From assembly GCA_027452265.1 (NCBI GenBank), contig DAIDGR010000080.1:2021-66020 (forward strand): a stretch of DNA of 64,000 nucleotides, read 5' to 3'. Under the pieces are notes generated by a model. It was not told the origin of the DNA and did not search any database. It saw only the letters and a list, made by a program, of their open reading frames with translations. The position numbers and the translations under genes are program-made. Positions 53,128 to 61,061 of the stretch are shown piece after piece (position 1 is the first letter of the stretch; each line of letters begins with the position of its first letter). The stretch is from Caulobacteraceae bacterium. Lineage in GTDB: Bacteria; Pseudomonadota; Alphaproteobacteria; Caulobacterales; Caulobacteraceae.

Positions 53128-53445
53128 CTAGATCCCCAGGCCCGGCAATCCCGCCAGAGGGCCGGCGGCCTCGCGCATCATCTCGCCCTGGGCCGCCTCA
53201 AGTTTGCGACGGGCGTCGGCATGGGCGGCGATCAGGAGATCGGCCAGGATCTCCGCCTCGCCCGGGGCCATCAGCTCGGGATCGATATGCACGGCCTTGA
53301 GCGCGCCGGTTCCGGTCAGGGTGACGCGCACCATGTCGCCGCCCGCTCCGCCGGAATAGTCCGCCGCCTGCAGCCGGGCCTGAGCCTCCTGCAGCTTCTG
53401 TTGCATGGCCTGGGCCTGCTTCATCAGGGCGCCGAGGTCTTTCAT
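53128..53445 (-). CDS. ybaB: YbaB/EbfC nucleoid-associated protein; start ATG at 53445
   Basis: MKDLGALMKQAQAMQQKL, GAGGDMV.VTL.G.G.L..V.IDP, L.DLL.AA..DA; directly downstream of dnaX. Confidence 0.93.
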   Translation of the reverse strand: MKDLGALMKQAQAMQQKLQEAQARLQAADYSGGAGGDMVRVTLTGTGALKAVHIDPELMAPGEAEILADLLIAAHADARRKLEAAQGEMMREAAGPLAGLPGLGI

Positions 53446-53468
53446 GGTCGCGCTCGCATCGGTTTGAA

Positions 53469-55268
53469 CTAGTCTTCCTCTCCCGCCTCGTCCGCCGCCA
53501 GGGGCTCGATCCCTTCGGCGAGACCGCCCGCGTCGATCTGACGGATCTCGGCAAGTTCGGCGCCCGGAAACGCCTCCATGACCTGGCGGACGAAGGGCTC
53601 GGCGAGAATTTCCTCGCGAAGGGCCGCGCGCTGGCGGCTGTGAAGGTCGGCCAGAGTCTCGCCGCCGCCGCCCTTGGTGGCCACCAGCCAGGTCTCGCCC
53701 GTCCATTCCTTGAGACGCGCGGCGAGGCGCTGGGCCAGGTTGTTCGGGGCGCCGGGCGCCGGCTCGAACTCCACCGCGCCGGGACGAAAGCTCACCGGCC
53801 GGACGAAGCGCTCGATGTCGTAGCGCAGGGCGATGTCGCGTCGCGCATCGGCCAGGAGGGCCAGATCCTCGAAGCTCGCCAGGCGCGGTCCATTGGGCGA
53901 GGGATGGGGCGCGAGATCGATCCGATGCGCCGTGGCGGTCACCCCACCGCCGCCTCCCCCTGACGAAGACCGTCCGCCGCCGCCGATCACGGGCGCCCCA
54001 TCGCGCAGGGCCTCAAGCGCCGCTTCCGGACCCGGCAGGTCGGCGGCGTAGCAAAGGCGGATCAACACCATGTCCATGGCCGCCGCCGGGTCGGGCGCCC
54101 GGCCAACCTCGTCCAGAGCCTTGAGCAGCATCTGCCACAGGCGCGAGATCGATCCGGCGGAGAGCTGGGCCCCGAGCGCGGCCAGACGCGCGGCCTGGTC
54201 CTTGGGCAGGTGCAGCGCGTCCGGGCCGAGCGCCTTGGCCACGGCGGCGTCGTGGCAATGCTCCAGTAGGTCCTGGGCCACGGCGCGCGGATCGGCGCCC
54301 AGGGCGTGCAGGCCGCGGAAAGTCTCGATCGCCCGCGCCGCCTCGCCCGCCGCCACGGCCTCGATCAGGTCGAGGGTTCGGGCCCGGTCGGACAGGCCCA
54401 GCATGTCGCGGACCGCCGCGGCGCTGACCGGCTCGCCGGGCGCCCCGAGCACCAGGGCCTGGTCGAGCAGGGACTGGGCGTCGCGCACCGAGCCCTCCGC
54501 CGCCCGGGCGATCAGGGTCAGGGCCTCAGCCTCGATGGCGATCCCCTCCCGCGCGGCGATCTCGCTCAGATTGGCGGCGATCACGGGCGGCTCGACCCGG
54601 CGCAGATCGAACCGCTGGCAGCGCGACAGGATGGTCACCGGAACCTTGCGGATCTCGGTCGTGGCGAAGATGAACTTGGCGTGGGGCGGGGGCTCCTCAA
54701 GGGTCTTGAGGAGGGCGGCGAAGGCGTTGGACGAGAGCATGTGCACCTCGTCGATGATGTAGACCTTGAAGCGCGCCTGGGCCGGGGCGTAGCGCACGCC
54801 ATCGAGCAGCTCGCGCATCTCCTCGACCTTGCTGCGCGTGGCGGCGTCCAGCTCCAGCACATCCAGGTGCCGGCCCTCGATGATGGCGCGGCAGTGCCGG
54901 CCCTCTTTTGACAGCTCCGCGAGGCTTGGCTGATGCACCGTCTCGCTCTCGTAGTTGAGCGCCCGCGCCAGAAGGCGGGCCGTCGTCGTCTTGCCGACCC
55001 CGCGCACGCCGGTGAGCATGAAGGCGTGGGCGATCCGGCCCAGGGCGAAGGCATTGGTCAGGGTGCGGACCATGGCCTCCTGGCCGATCAGGTCCTCGAA
55101 ACGACGCGGCCGGTATTTGCGGGCGATGACGGTGTAGGCGGGAGGAGCGGCCGCCGCGGCCGGCGCCTCGCCGAAGATGTCCGCCGTGGCCTCGTCGCGG
55201 TCCGACGCCTCGATCTCGGCGGCGCCGAGGGGGGTCGGCCGCTCGGTCTCGAGATCCTTCTGGGTCAT
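53469..55268 (-). CDS. dnaX: DNA polymerase III subunit gamma/tau; start probably ATG at 55268
   Basis: ARKYRP..F.DLIGQE, LTGVRGVGKTT.AR, ELDAA, KVYIIDEVHMLS, LLKTLEEPP, LSRCQRF, GSVRDAQSLLDQ. Confidence 0.96.
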   Translation of the reverse strand: MTQKDLETERPTPLGAAEIEASDRDEATADIFGEAPAAAAAPPAYTVIARKYRPRRFEDLIGQEAMVRTLTNAFALGRIAHAFMLTGVRGVGKTTTARLLARALNYESETVHQPSLAELSKEGRHCRAIIEGRHLDVLELDAATRSKVEEMRELLDGVRYAPAQARFKVYIIDEVHMLSSNAFAALLKTLEEPPPHAKFIFATTEIRKVPVTILSRCQRFDLRRVEPPVIAANLSEIAAREGIAIEAEALTLIARAAEGSVRDAQSLLDQALVLGAPGEPVSAAAVRDMLGLSDRARTLDLIEAVAAGEAARAIETFRGLHALGADPRAVAQDLLEHCHDAAVAKALGPDALHLPKDQAARLAALGAQLSAGSISRLWQMLLKALDEVGRAPDPAAAMDMVLIRLCYAADLPGPEAALEALRDGAPVIGGGGRSSSGGGGGGVTATAHRIDLAPHPSPNGPRLASFEDLALLADARRDIALRYDIERFVRPVSFRPGAVEFEPAPGAPNNLAQRLAARLKEWTGETWLVATKGGGGETLADLHSRQRAALREEILAEPFVRQVMEAFPGAELAEIRQIDAGGLAEGIEPLAADEAGEED

Positions 55269-55291
55269 CGGCCCCGTAGGCGAAGAGGGGT

Positions 55292-55396
55292 GAGGTGGAG
55301 ACCGGCAAACGACCCGAAGTCGCACTCGTTACGGCTGCTTCCTTCCGGACCTGACCGGGTTGGCGAGGGCTCCGCCCATCGCCGATCTCCATCTCC
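55292..55396 (-). ncRNA. ffs: Signal recognition particle (4.5S) RNA
   Basis: Minus strand contains CCGGTCAGGTCCGGAAGGAAGCAGCCGT (helix 8). Termini GGAGATGGAGATCGGC and GCCGGTCTCCACCTC pair. Lies just upstream of dnaX. Confidence 0.95.
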
Positions 55397-55501
55397 TATA
55401 TCGCCCGCCGGGGCCGCGTGCGCAATGGGCCGGACGCGGTCTTGCGCGCCCACGACGCGCCCGTCTCGCGGTGAAACGAGGTTCGATGGTAACAAGACAG
55501 C

Positions 55502-56446
55502 ATGTCCCTTCGCGCCTTCACCAACGTCTTCGCCGGCAATCCGCTCGACCGCGCCAGTGACAGGCGCGGCGACGCCGCCTTCCTTGAGGCAGCGCTCAAT
55601 GACCCCGAGTCCCTCGCCCTAGCGCTATGGAATGGCCGCCCGCTGCTTGAGGCCTCGCCGGAGGGTAAGCCGCGCATCGCCTATCTCGCCGCCCGGCGCG
55701 CCCGGGAGCTGGCGGCCGCGTTTGGCGAGGCGGAGGAGCGCCTGCTGTTCCTGGGCCTCTGGAAGACGACGGCGGTGTTCGCCCTGGACCTGGATGGAGA
55801 GGCGGACCCGGCCGACGGGCCGCTCGCCGGGCTCGGCCGATTCGAGGACCTGCGCGCCAGCGCCGCACAGCTCGATGGCGGGGAGGCGGCCATGATCTCC
55901 GGGGCCAAGGCGATGTTCGAATGGCGTCGCCGCCATCCGCACTGCCCCGCCTGCGGCGCGGCCACAACCGTGGCCGAGGCGGGCTGGAAGCGAATCTGTC
56001 CCGCGTGCCGGGCCGAGCATTTTCCCCGCACCGATCCGGTGGTGATCATGTTGCCGGTCAAGGGCGAGCGCTGTCTGGTGGGGCGGCAGGCGGTCTGGCC
56101 GCCCAAGATGTACTCGGCCCTCGCCGGCTTCCTTGAGCCGGGCGAGAGCATCGAGGAGGCCTGCGCCCGCGAGTTGAAGGAGGAGGCCGGCCTGACGACC
56201 GTGCGCGTCCATTATCATTCGACCCAGCCCTGGCCCTATCCCTCGTCCCTGATGATCGGCCTGGTGGCCGAGGTGGCGAGCGAGGACGCGGTCGCGGACG
56301 GGGTCGAGCTGGAGGAGGTCCGCTGGCTCAGCCGTGAGGAGGCGAAGGCCGTGATCGCCGGCAGCCACGCCGAGACCAAGGCGCCGGGCGCCCTGGCCAT
56401 CGCCCATCAGCTGCTCAAAGCCTGGTCAGAGGGCTGGCCCGACTAA
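55502..56446 (+). CDS. nudC: NAD(+)/NADH diphosphatase NudC
   Basis: HPHCPACG, CP.CRAEHFPRTDPVVIM, Nudix box GFLEPGESIEEACARELKEEAG, STQPWPYPSSLMIG. Confidence 0.95.
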   Translation: MSLRAFTNVFAGNPLDRASDRRGDAAFLEAALNDPESLALALWNGRPLLEASPEGKPRIAYLAARRARELAAAFGEAEERLLFLGLWKTTAVFALDLDGEADPADGPLAGLGRFEDLRASAAQLDGGEAAMISGAKAMFEWRRRHPHCPACGAATTVAEAGWKRICPACRAEHFPRTDPVVIMLPVKGERCLVGRQAVWPPKMYSALAGFLEPGESIEEACARELKEEAGLTTVRVHYHSTQPWPYPSSLMIGLVAEVASEDAVADGVELEEVRWLSREEAKAVIAGSHAETKAPGALAIAHQLLKAWSEGWPD

Positions 56447-56453
56447 GCCCGGC

Positions 56454-57329
56454 TTATTCCATCCCCGCCCGGGCCCGGGCGGTCTGGCGGAACGGATCGG
56501 CGGGATAGACGCCGAGAATCTCAAAGTGGTCGCTGAAAAATCCGATCTCCTCCAGGGCCCGGGCGAGCGGCGGATCGTCCGGCCGGCCGTCCACCTCGGC
56601 GAAGAAGAAGGTCGCGGTAAACGCCCCGCCCTCCATGTAGCTTTCCAGCTTGGTCATGTTCACGCCGTTGGTCGCGAAGCCGCCGAGCGCCTTGTAAAGG
56701 GCCGCCGGGATGTTCCGCACGCGAAAGGCGAAGCTGGTGACGCAATCGACACCCTGGGGCGGGGGGTCCGCCGTGGCCGACATGACGATGAAGCGGGTGG
56801 TATTGTGCGTCTCGTCCTCCACATCGCGCAGGAGGATGTCGAGGCCGTAGATCTCCGCCGCCAGGGCCGGGGCGAGGGCGGCTTTGGTGCGGTCGGGAGC
56901 CTCGGCCAGGGCGCGCGCGGCGCCGGCCGTGTCGGCCGCCGGCTCTCCGGTCAGGCCCAGCCGGCGCAGGGTCCGGCGGCATTGGCCCAGCGCAATGGGC
57001 ATGCTGGCCACACGGCGCAGATCCTCCAGCTTCACGCCGCGATTGGCCATCAGCTGGAAGTGGATCGGCTTGAACCGCTCGCCGATGATCTTCAGGCCAG
57101 ACTGCGGCAGCAGGTGGTGCACGTCGGCCACCCGCCCGGCGATGGAGTTCTCCACCGGGATCATGGCCTTGTCGCAGCGCCCCTGCTTGACCGCCTCGAA
57201 AGCCTCCTCGAACGAGGCGCAGGGAACCGGCTCGTGATCGGGAAAATGGCTGCGGCAGGCCTCGTCGCTGTTCGAGCCCAGATCGCCCTGGAACGAGATG
57301 CTGGGGCGACGCCCGGGAGACGCACTCAC
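56454..57329 (-). CDS. pheA: Prephenate dehydratase with ACT domain
   Basis: FQG..GSNS, IPVENSIAGRV, DTAGAA, HNTTRF, NIPAALYKALGGFATNGVNMTKLES. Confidence 0.95.
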   Translation of the reverse strand: MSASPGRRPSISFQGDLGSNSDEACRSHFPDHEPVPCASFEEAFEAVKQGRCDKAMIPVENSIAGRVADVHHLLPQSGLKIIGERFKPIHFQLMANRGVKLEDLRRVASMPIALGQCRRTLRRLGLTGEPAADTAGAARALAEAPDRTKAALAPALAAEIYGLDILLRDVEDETHNTTRFIVMSATADPPPQGVDCVTSFAFRVRNIPAALYKALGGFATNGVNMTKLESYMEGGAFTATFFFAEVDGRPDDPPLARALEEIGFFSDHFEILGVYPADPFRQTARARAGME

Positions 57330-58090
57330 GATGCGGCTCCAGAATTGACGGCAAGGCCATGGGCGCGGGCGTGGGCCCGGGCGGCCTCGAGATCGGCGGG
57401 CGTATCCACCGACAGGGGCGCGACCGTCGTCACTCCGGCGTGGATCGAAAGGCCCATCTCCATGGCCCGCAGCTGCTCCAGGCGCTCGCGGCGCTCCAGC
57501 GGCGAGGGCGGAGCGGCGCAGAACGCCTCCAGAGCCGCCCGGCGATAGGCGTAGAGGCCCAGATGTTCATAGATCGGCTCATCCCCGTAGAGGGTGGAGC
57601 GGGTGAAATAGAGCGCGCGGCCCAGATCGCCCTTGGCGCCAAAGGTCAGGATCGCCTTGACCACCGCGGGATTGGCGCGGTCCGCCGGGTCCTTTTCCGG
57701 CGCCACCACGGTGGCGATGTCGGCCTCGGGCGCGCGGGCCAGGACCGAGAGACACACCGCGATCGCCTCGGGGGCGACGAAGGGCATGTCGCCCTGAAGA
57801 TTGACCACCACGTCGTGACGGCCATCCGGATCCAGAATGCGCAAGGCCGCCAGCACCCGGTCCGAGCCCGAGGCCAGGTCCGGGTCGGTCAACACGGCGT
57901 GGCCGCCGGCCTCGCGCACCGCCGCCACGATCTCGGGATCGCCGGCCGCCACGGCCACCGGCCCGGCCTTGGCCGCCAGGGCCTGGCGCCAGACGCGCAC
58001 GATCATCGGCTCCCCCGCGATATCGGCCAGGGGCTTTCCGGGGAGGCGCTGGGCGGCCATCCGCGCAGGAATCAGGATGATCGGGGTCAT
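57326..58090 (-). CDS. kdsB: 3-deoxy-manno-octulosonate cytidylyltransferase; start ATG at 58090
   Basis: IPARMAAQRLPGKPLADI, SGSDRV, VNLQGD.P, ALYFTR, H.GLYAYR, LE..ERLEQLR. Confidence 0.95.
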   Translation of the reverse strand: MTPIILIPARMAAQRLPGKPLADIAGEPMIVRVWRQALAAKAGPVAVAAGDPEIVAAVREAGGHAVLTDPDLASGSDRVLAALRILDPDGRHDVVVNLQGDMPFVAPEAIAVCLSVLARAPEADIATVVAPEKDPADRANPAVVKAILTFGAKGDLGRALYFTRSTLYGDEPIYEHLGLYAYRRAALEAFCAAPPSPLERRERLEQLRAMEMGLSIHAGVTTVAPLSVDTPADLEAARAHARAHGLAVNSGAAS

Positions 58091-58340
58091 GGATCGACAG
58101 GTTCGGACACGGGGACGCCCCCGGGGTGTCATGCGCCAGGGCGGGGTTTCGCCTTCACGCAGCCGGTTGCACCGTGGGCGGTAGCGTGTAAGACACCGCC
58201 GCGCAACCAAAGGCCGATGGCCCATGCGCCGATCGGGCCCCTCGCGCTCCAGCCGAGGCGGTTTTGGCGGCGCTCACGCGAGGCCTGACGGTTGCGAACG
58301 GACGAGTCCTTTAAGGCGAAGAGGCAAGCGGCGGGTCCAG

Positions 58341-58910
58341 ATGAGTGAGCTGAAAACCAACAAGATCATGGGTGCGGTTCTGTCGGCCGCCCTGTTCACG
58401 GTTGGCCTGGGCGTCGTGGGCCCGCGCTTCTTCCCCGACCATATCCCGACCAAGGCGGGCTTCGCGGTGGACATTCCGGCCGATATCGCGGGCCCGGCCA
58501 AACCCGCCGCGGCGGCGCCCGCGGACACCCCGCCGGACTGGGGCACGGTCCTGCCCAAGGCGGATATCGCCGCCGGTCAGGCCACCACGGCCATCTGCCA
58601 AGCGTGCCACAACTTCTCCGCGGCCGGGACCAACATGATCGGCCCGGGCCTCTATGGCGTGCTCGGCCGTCAGCCCGGCACCCATCCCGGGTTCGCCTAC
58701 TCCCAGGCGATGATCGATTTTGGCAAGAAGCAGCCGGTCTGGGACTACGATCACATCTACATGTTCATCGGCGGTCCCCAGGCCTACATCCCTGGCACCA
58801 AGATGACCTATACCGGCCTCAAGGACCCGCAGGCCCGGATCAATGTGATCGCCTATCTGCATACCCTGGGCTCCAAGCTGCCCGTGCCGGCCCCCAAGGG
58901 AGGTTCGTAA
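58341..58910 (+). CDS. Membrane-anchored class I cytochrome c (cM/cy-type); start ATG at 58341
   Basis: N-terminal TM helix, Pro/Ala linker, CQACH heme motif, IGP.LYGV.GR, GFAYS, PGTKM (axial methionine). Confidence 0.93.
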   Translation: MSELKTNKIMGAVLSAALFTVGLGVVGPRFFPDHIPTKAGFAVDIPADIAGPAKPAAAAPADTPPDWGTVLPKADIAAGQATTAICQACHNFSAAGTNMIGPGLYGVLGRQPGTHPGFAYSQAMIDFGKKQPVWDYDHIYMFIGGPQAYIPGTKMTYTGLKDPQARINVIAYLHTLGSKLPVPAPKGGS

Positions 58911-59425
58911 TGCGTCGCGCCATTCTCGGATCCATCTCGGCCCTCTCTCTGGCCCTGGCGGCCGGCGGCCTCGCCGTCGCCGCCCCGGCGCCCAGCGTGT
59001 CGATCCAGAGTCTGGCGCAGCTTCAGACGCCCTTGCCCTATCCCTATGATGAGCACGCGGACGCCGACGCGGCGGTGAAGGCCGGCCTCCTTCAGGCGCG
59101 TCGCGAGCACAAGCTTCTCCTGATCGATCTGGGGGGCAACTGGTGCCCCGACTGCCGTATTCTCGCGGGCGTCATGCGCCTGCCCGAGGTCGCCAGCTTT
59201 GTCTCGGCTCACTATGTGGTCGTGCCGGTGGATGTGGGTCGCGAGAACAAGAACCTGCAGATCCCCGCCCGCTGGGGCGTGAAGAAGCTGTCCGGCGTGC
59301 CCAGCATTCTGGTGATCGGACCTGACGGCCGCCTCAAGGATGAGGGCCATGTGGCCGCCCTCGCCGACGCCCGCTCCATGACCCCGCAAGGCCTGGCCGA
59401 CTGGCTGGCCCAGTGGACCAACTGA
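58910..59425 (+). CDS. Exported thioredoxin-family protein
   Basis: Signal peptide; DLGGNWCPDCR (CxxC); GVP cis-proline loop; TAATG overlap with the cytochrome c stop. Confidence 0.88.
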   Translation: MRRAILGSISALSLALAAGGLAVAAPAPSVSIQSLAQLQTPLPYPYDEHADADAAVKAGLLQARREHKLLLIDLGGNWCPDCRILAGVMRLPEVASFVSAHYVVVPVDVGRENKNLQIPARWGVKKLSGVPSILVIGPDGRLKDEGHVAALADARSMTPQGLADWLAQWTN

Positions 59426-59453
59426 ATCCGTGGACCCACTGAATCGGGGACCC
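59411..59453 (+). repeat. Imperfect ~17-bp tandem repeat over the thioredoxin stop codon
   Basis: CAGTGGACCA, ACTGAATCCGTGGACCC (59421-59437), ACTGAATCGGGGACCC (59438-59453). Confidence 0.7.
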
Positions 59454-59627
59454 GGTCCCGTCAGGACGCCTTGACGACGGGCTCCCCGTCCTGGCGCGCC
59501 ACCCGGCGTCGCTGAATCTTGGCGACGGATTCCCCTATGCCTTTGCCCGACAGGCGGGCATGCCGCTGCCGTACAAGGGCGCGGACACTCCGCTCACCGA
59601 CATCCAGGCGGCCCGAGGCCGCACCGA

Positions 59628-60050
59628 TCAGCGCCGGGAGGGCGGCTCGGCCTGGGCGTAGGCCGAAATCAGGCCGGCGGCGAGGTCGAGAAGGACCATC
59701 AGGGTCAGAAGAAAAAAGCAGGAGCTGGCGAAGGCCGGGGCGAGCAGCAGGGCCGCGAGGCAGGTCGCAAACAGGATGATGGTCAGGGCATGGTTGACCA
59801 GAACCGCCCGGCGATCGGGCGCGCCCTTGATCAGATCGATGAAGCCCGCGGCCAGCCCGCCCACCAGCAAGAGGTCGCCGGCGCTCACCGGCCACAGGCC
59901 GCCGCCCGCCGTGGTCAGGGTGAAGAGGGGATGGGCGATCGCCGCCGCCGCCGCGGGCGAGGCCGCCCCGCCGAGGCTTGCCGCCAGCAGGCCATAGGCG
60001 ATCACCGGCAGGGTCAGAAGCGGCACGGCGGCGAAGACGGCGCGCAGCAT
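59628..60050 (-). CDS. Hypothetical membrane protein (about 4 TM helices)
   Basis: 140 aa, strongly hydrophobic (NHALTIILFATCL...FFLLTLMVLLDLAAG); TGATG coupling to the GT2 gene. Confidence 0.75.
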   Translation of the reverse strand: MLRAVFAAVPLLTLPVIAYGLLAASLGGAASPAAAAAIAHPLFTLTTAGGGLWPVSAGDLLLVGGLAAGFIDLIKGAPDRRAVLVNHALTIILFATCLAALLLAPAFASSCFFLLTLMVLLDLAAGLISAYAQAEPPSRR

Positions 60051-60886
60051 CAGTCAGGCTCCCGGTCGGGCGCCAGGGCGGTCACCGCTCCGCTCGAACG
60101 GGCCCGCGCCCGCAGCCAGACGACGCCCGCGAGATCGAACAGGGCGACGCCCAGACGCCCCAGATTGGTGTATTTCGACCGCCCGCTCAGACGCGGACGA
60201 TGGCCGACCTCGCGATAGAGGACGCCAAGGCCCTCGCGCCGGATCAGGGCCGGCAGATAGCGGTGCATGTGATCGAAATAGGGCAGGGCGAGATAGGCGT
60301 CGCGCCGGAAGGCCTTGAGCCCGCAGCCCGTGTCCCAGGCGCCGTCGTCGAGCAGGGCCTGGCGCACCGTATTGGCCAGCCGCGAGGCCCAGCGCTTCGC
60401 CGCCGGATCGCGCCGCCGCCGCCGTTCGCCCGCCACCATGGCCACCTCGGCGGGCGCCTCCATCAGCGCCCGGGCCAGGGCGGGAGCGTCGGCCGGAGGG
60501 TTCTGTCCGTCGCCATCGAGGGTCACGATGATCGGAGCCCGCGCCGCCCGGATCCCGGTGCGAATCGCGCGGCTTTGACCGGCATTGGCCCCGTGCCGGA
60601 GCGGGCGCAGGCGCGGCTCGGTCAGGGCGGCCTTGGCCAGACGCGCCGCCGTCGCATCGCCGCTGGCGTCGTCCACCACGATGATCTCGAACGCCCAGCC
60701 GGCGAAGGCCTCCGCGATCTCGGCCACCAGCGCCTCCGCCGCCTCCGCCTCGTCGAACATGGGCACGACCACCGAAACGTCTGGCGCGCGGAGGGCGCCG
60801 CCGTCTCTCGCCTCGGCGCCAGGGTTCTGGGCCGCGCGCCGGGCCGGCCTGGCGGGGGCTGACAGGGGCGGGGCGGTGGCGCTCAT
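60050..60886 (-). CDS. Glycosyltransferase family 2 (polyprenol-phosphate glycosyltransferase, DPM/ArnC-like)
   Basis: SVVVPMFDE, EIIVVDDASGD, N.GQSRAI..G, TLDGDGQN.P.D, DTGCGLK.FRR, V.HRPR..GRSKY. Confidence 0.92.
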   Translation of the reverse strand: MSATAPPLSAPARPARRAAQNPGAEARDGGALRAPDVSVVVPMFDEAEAAEALVAEIAEAFAGWAFEIIVVDDASGDATAARLAKAALTEPRLRPLRHGANAGQSRAIRTGIRAARAPIIVTLDGDGQNPPADAPALARALMEAPAEVAMVAGERRRRRDPAAKRWASRLANTVRQALLDDGAWDTGCGLKAFRRDAYLALPYFDHMHRYLPALIRREGLGVLYREVGHRPRLSGRSKYTNLGRLGVALFDLAGVVWLRARARSSGAVTALAPDREPD

Positions 60887-61061
60887 GGCCTCTCCATAGC
60901 GCGAATTTCGCGTCGCGGCGCGCGCCGAGAGGGGCGATGCGACCGGTTGAGGCGGCCTTTGCCGCCCCGCGCTTGATTTGCCCGGGCGCCTGCGTCCATC
61001 TGAGGCCCCCTGAAGGACGCCCCTGCCGAATCCCCCTCGTCACTGACCCTCTGGAGCGCGG

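Noticed and set aside
59461-59895. 144-aa minus-strand ORF extending into the gap after the thioredoxin gene
   Set aside because: It overlaps the membrane-protein gene out of frame and has no recognisable motif or RBS.
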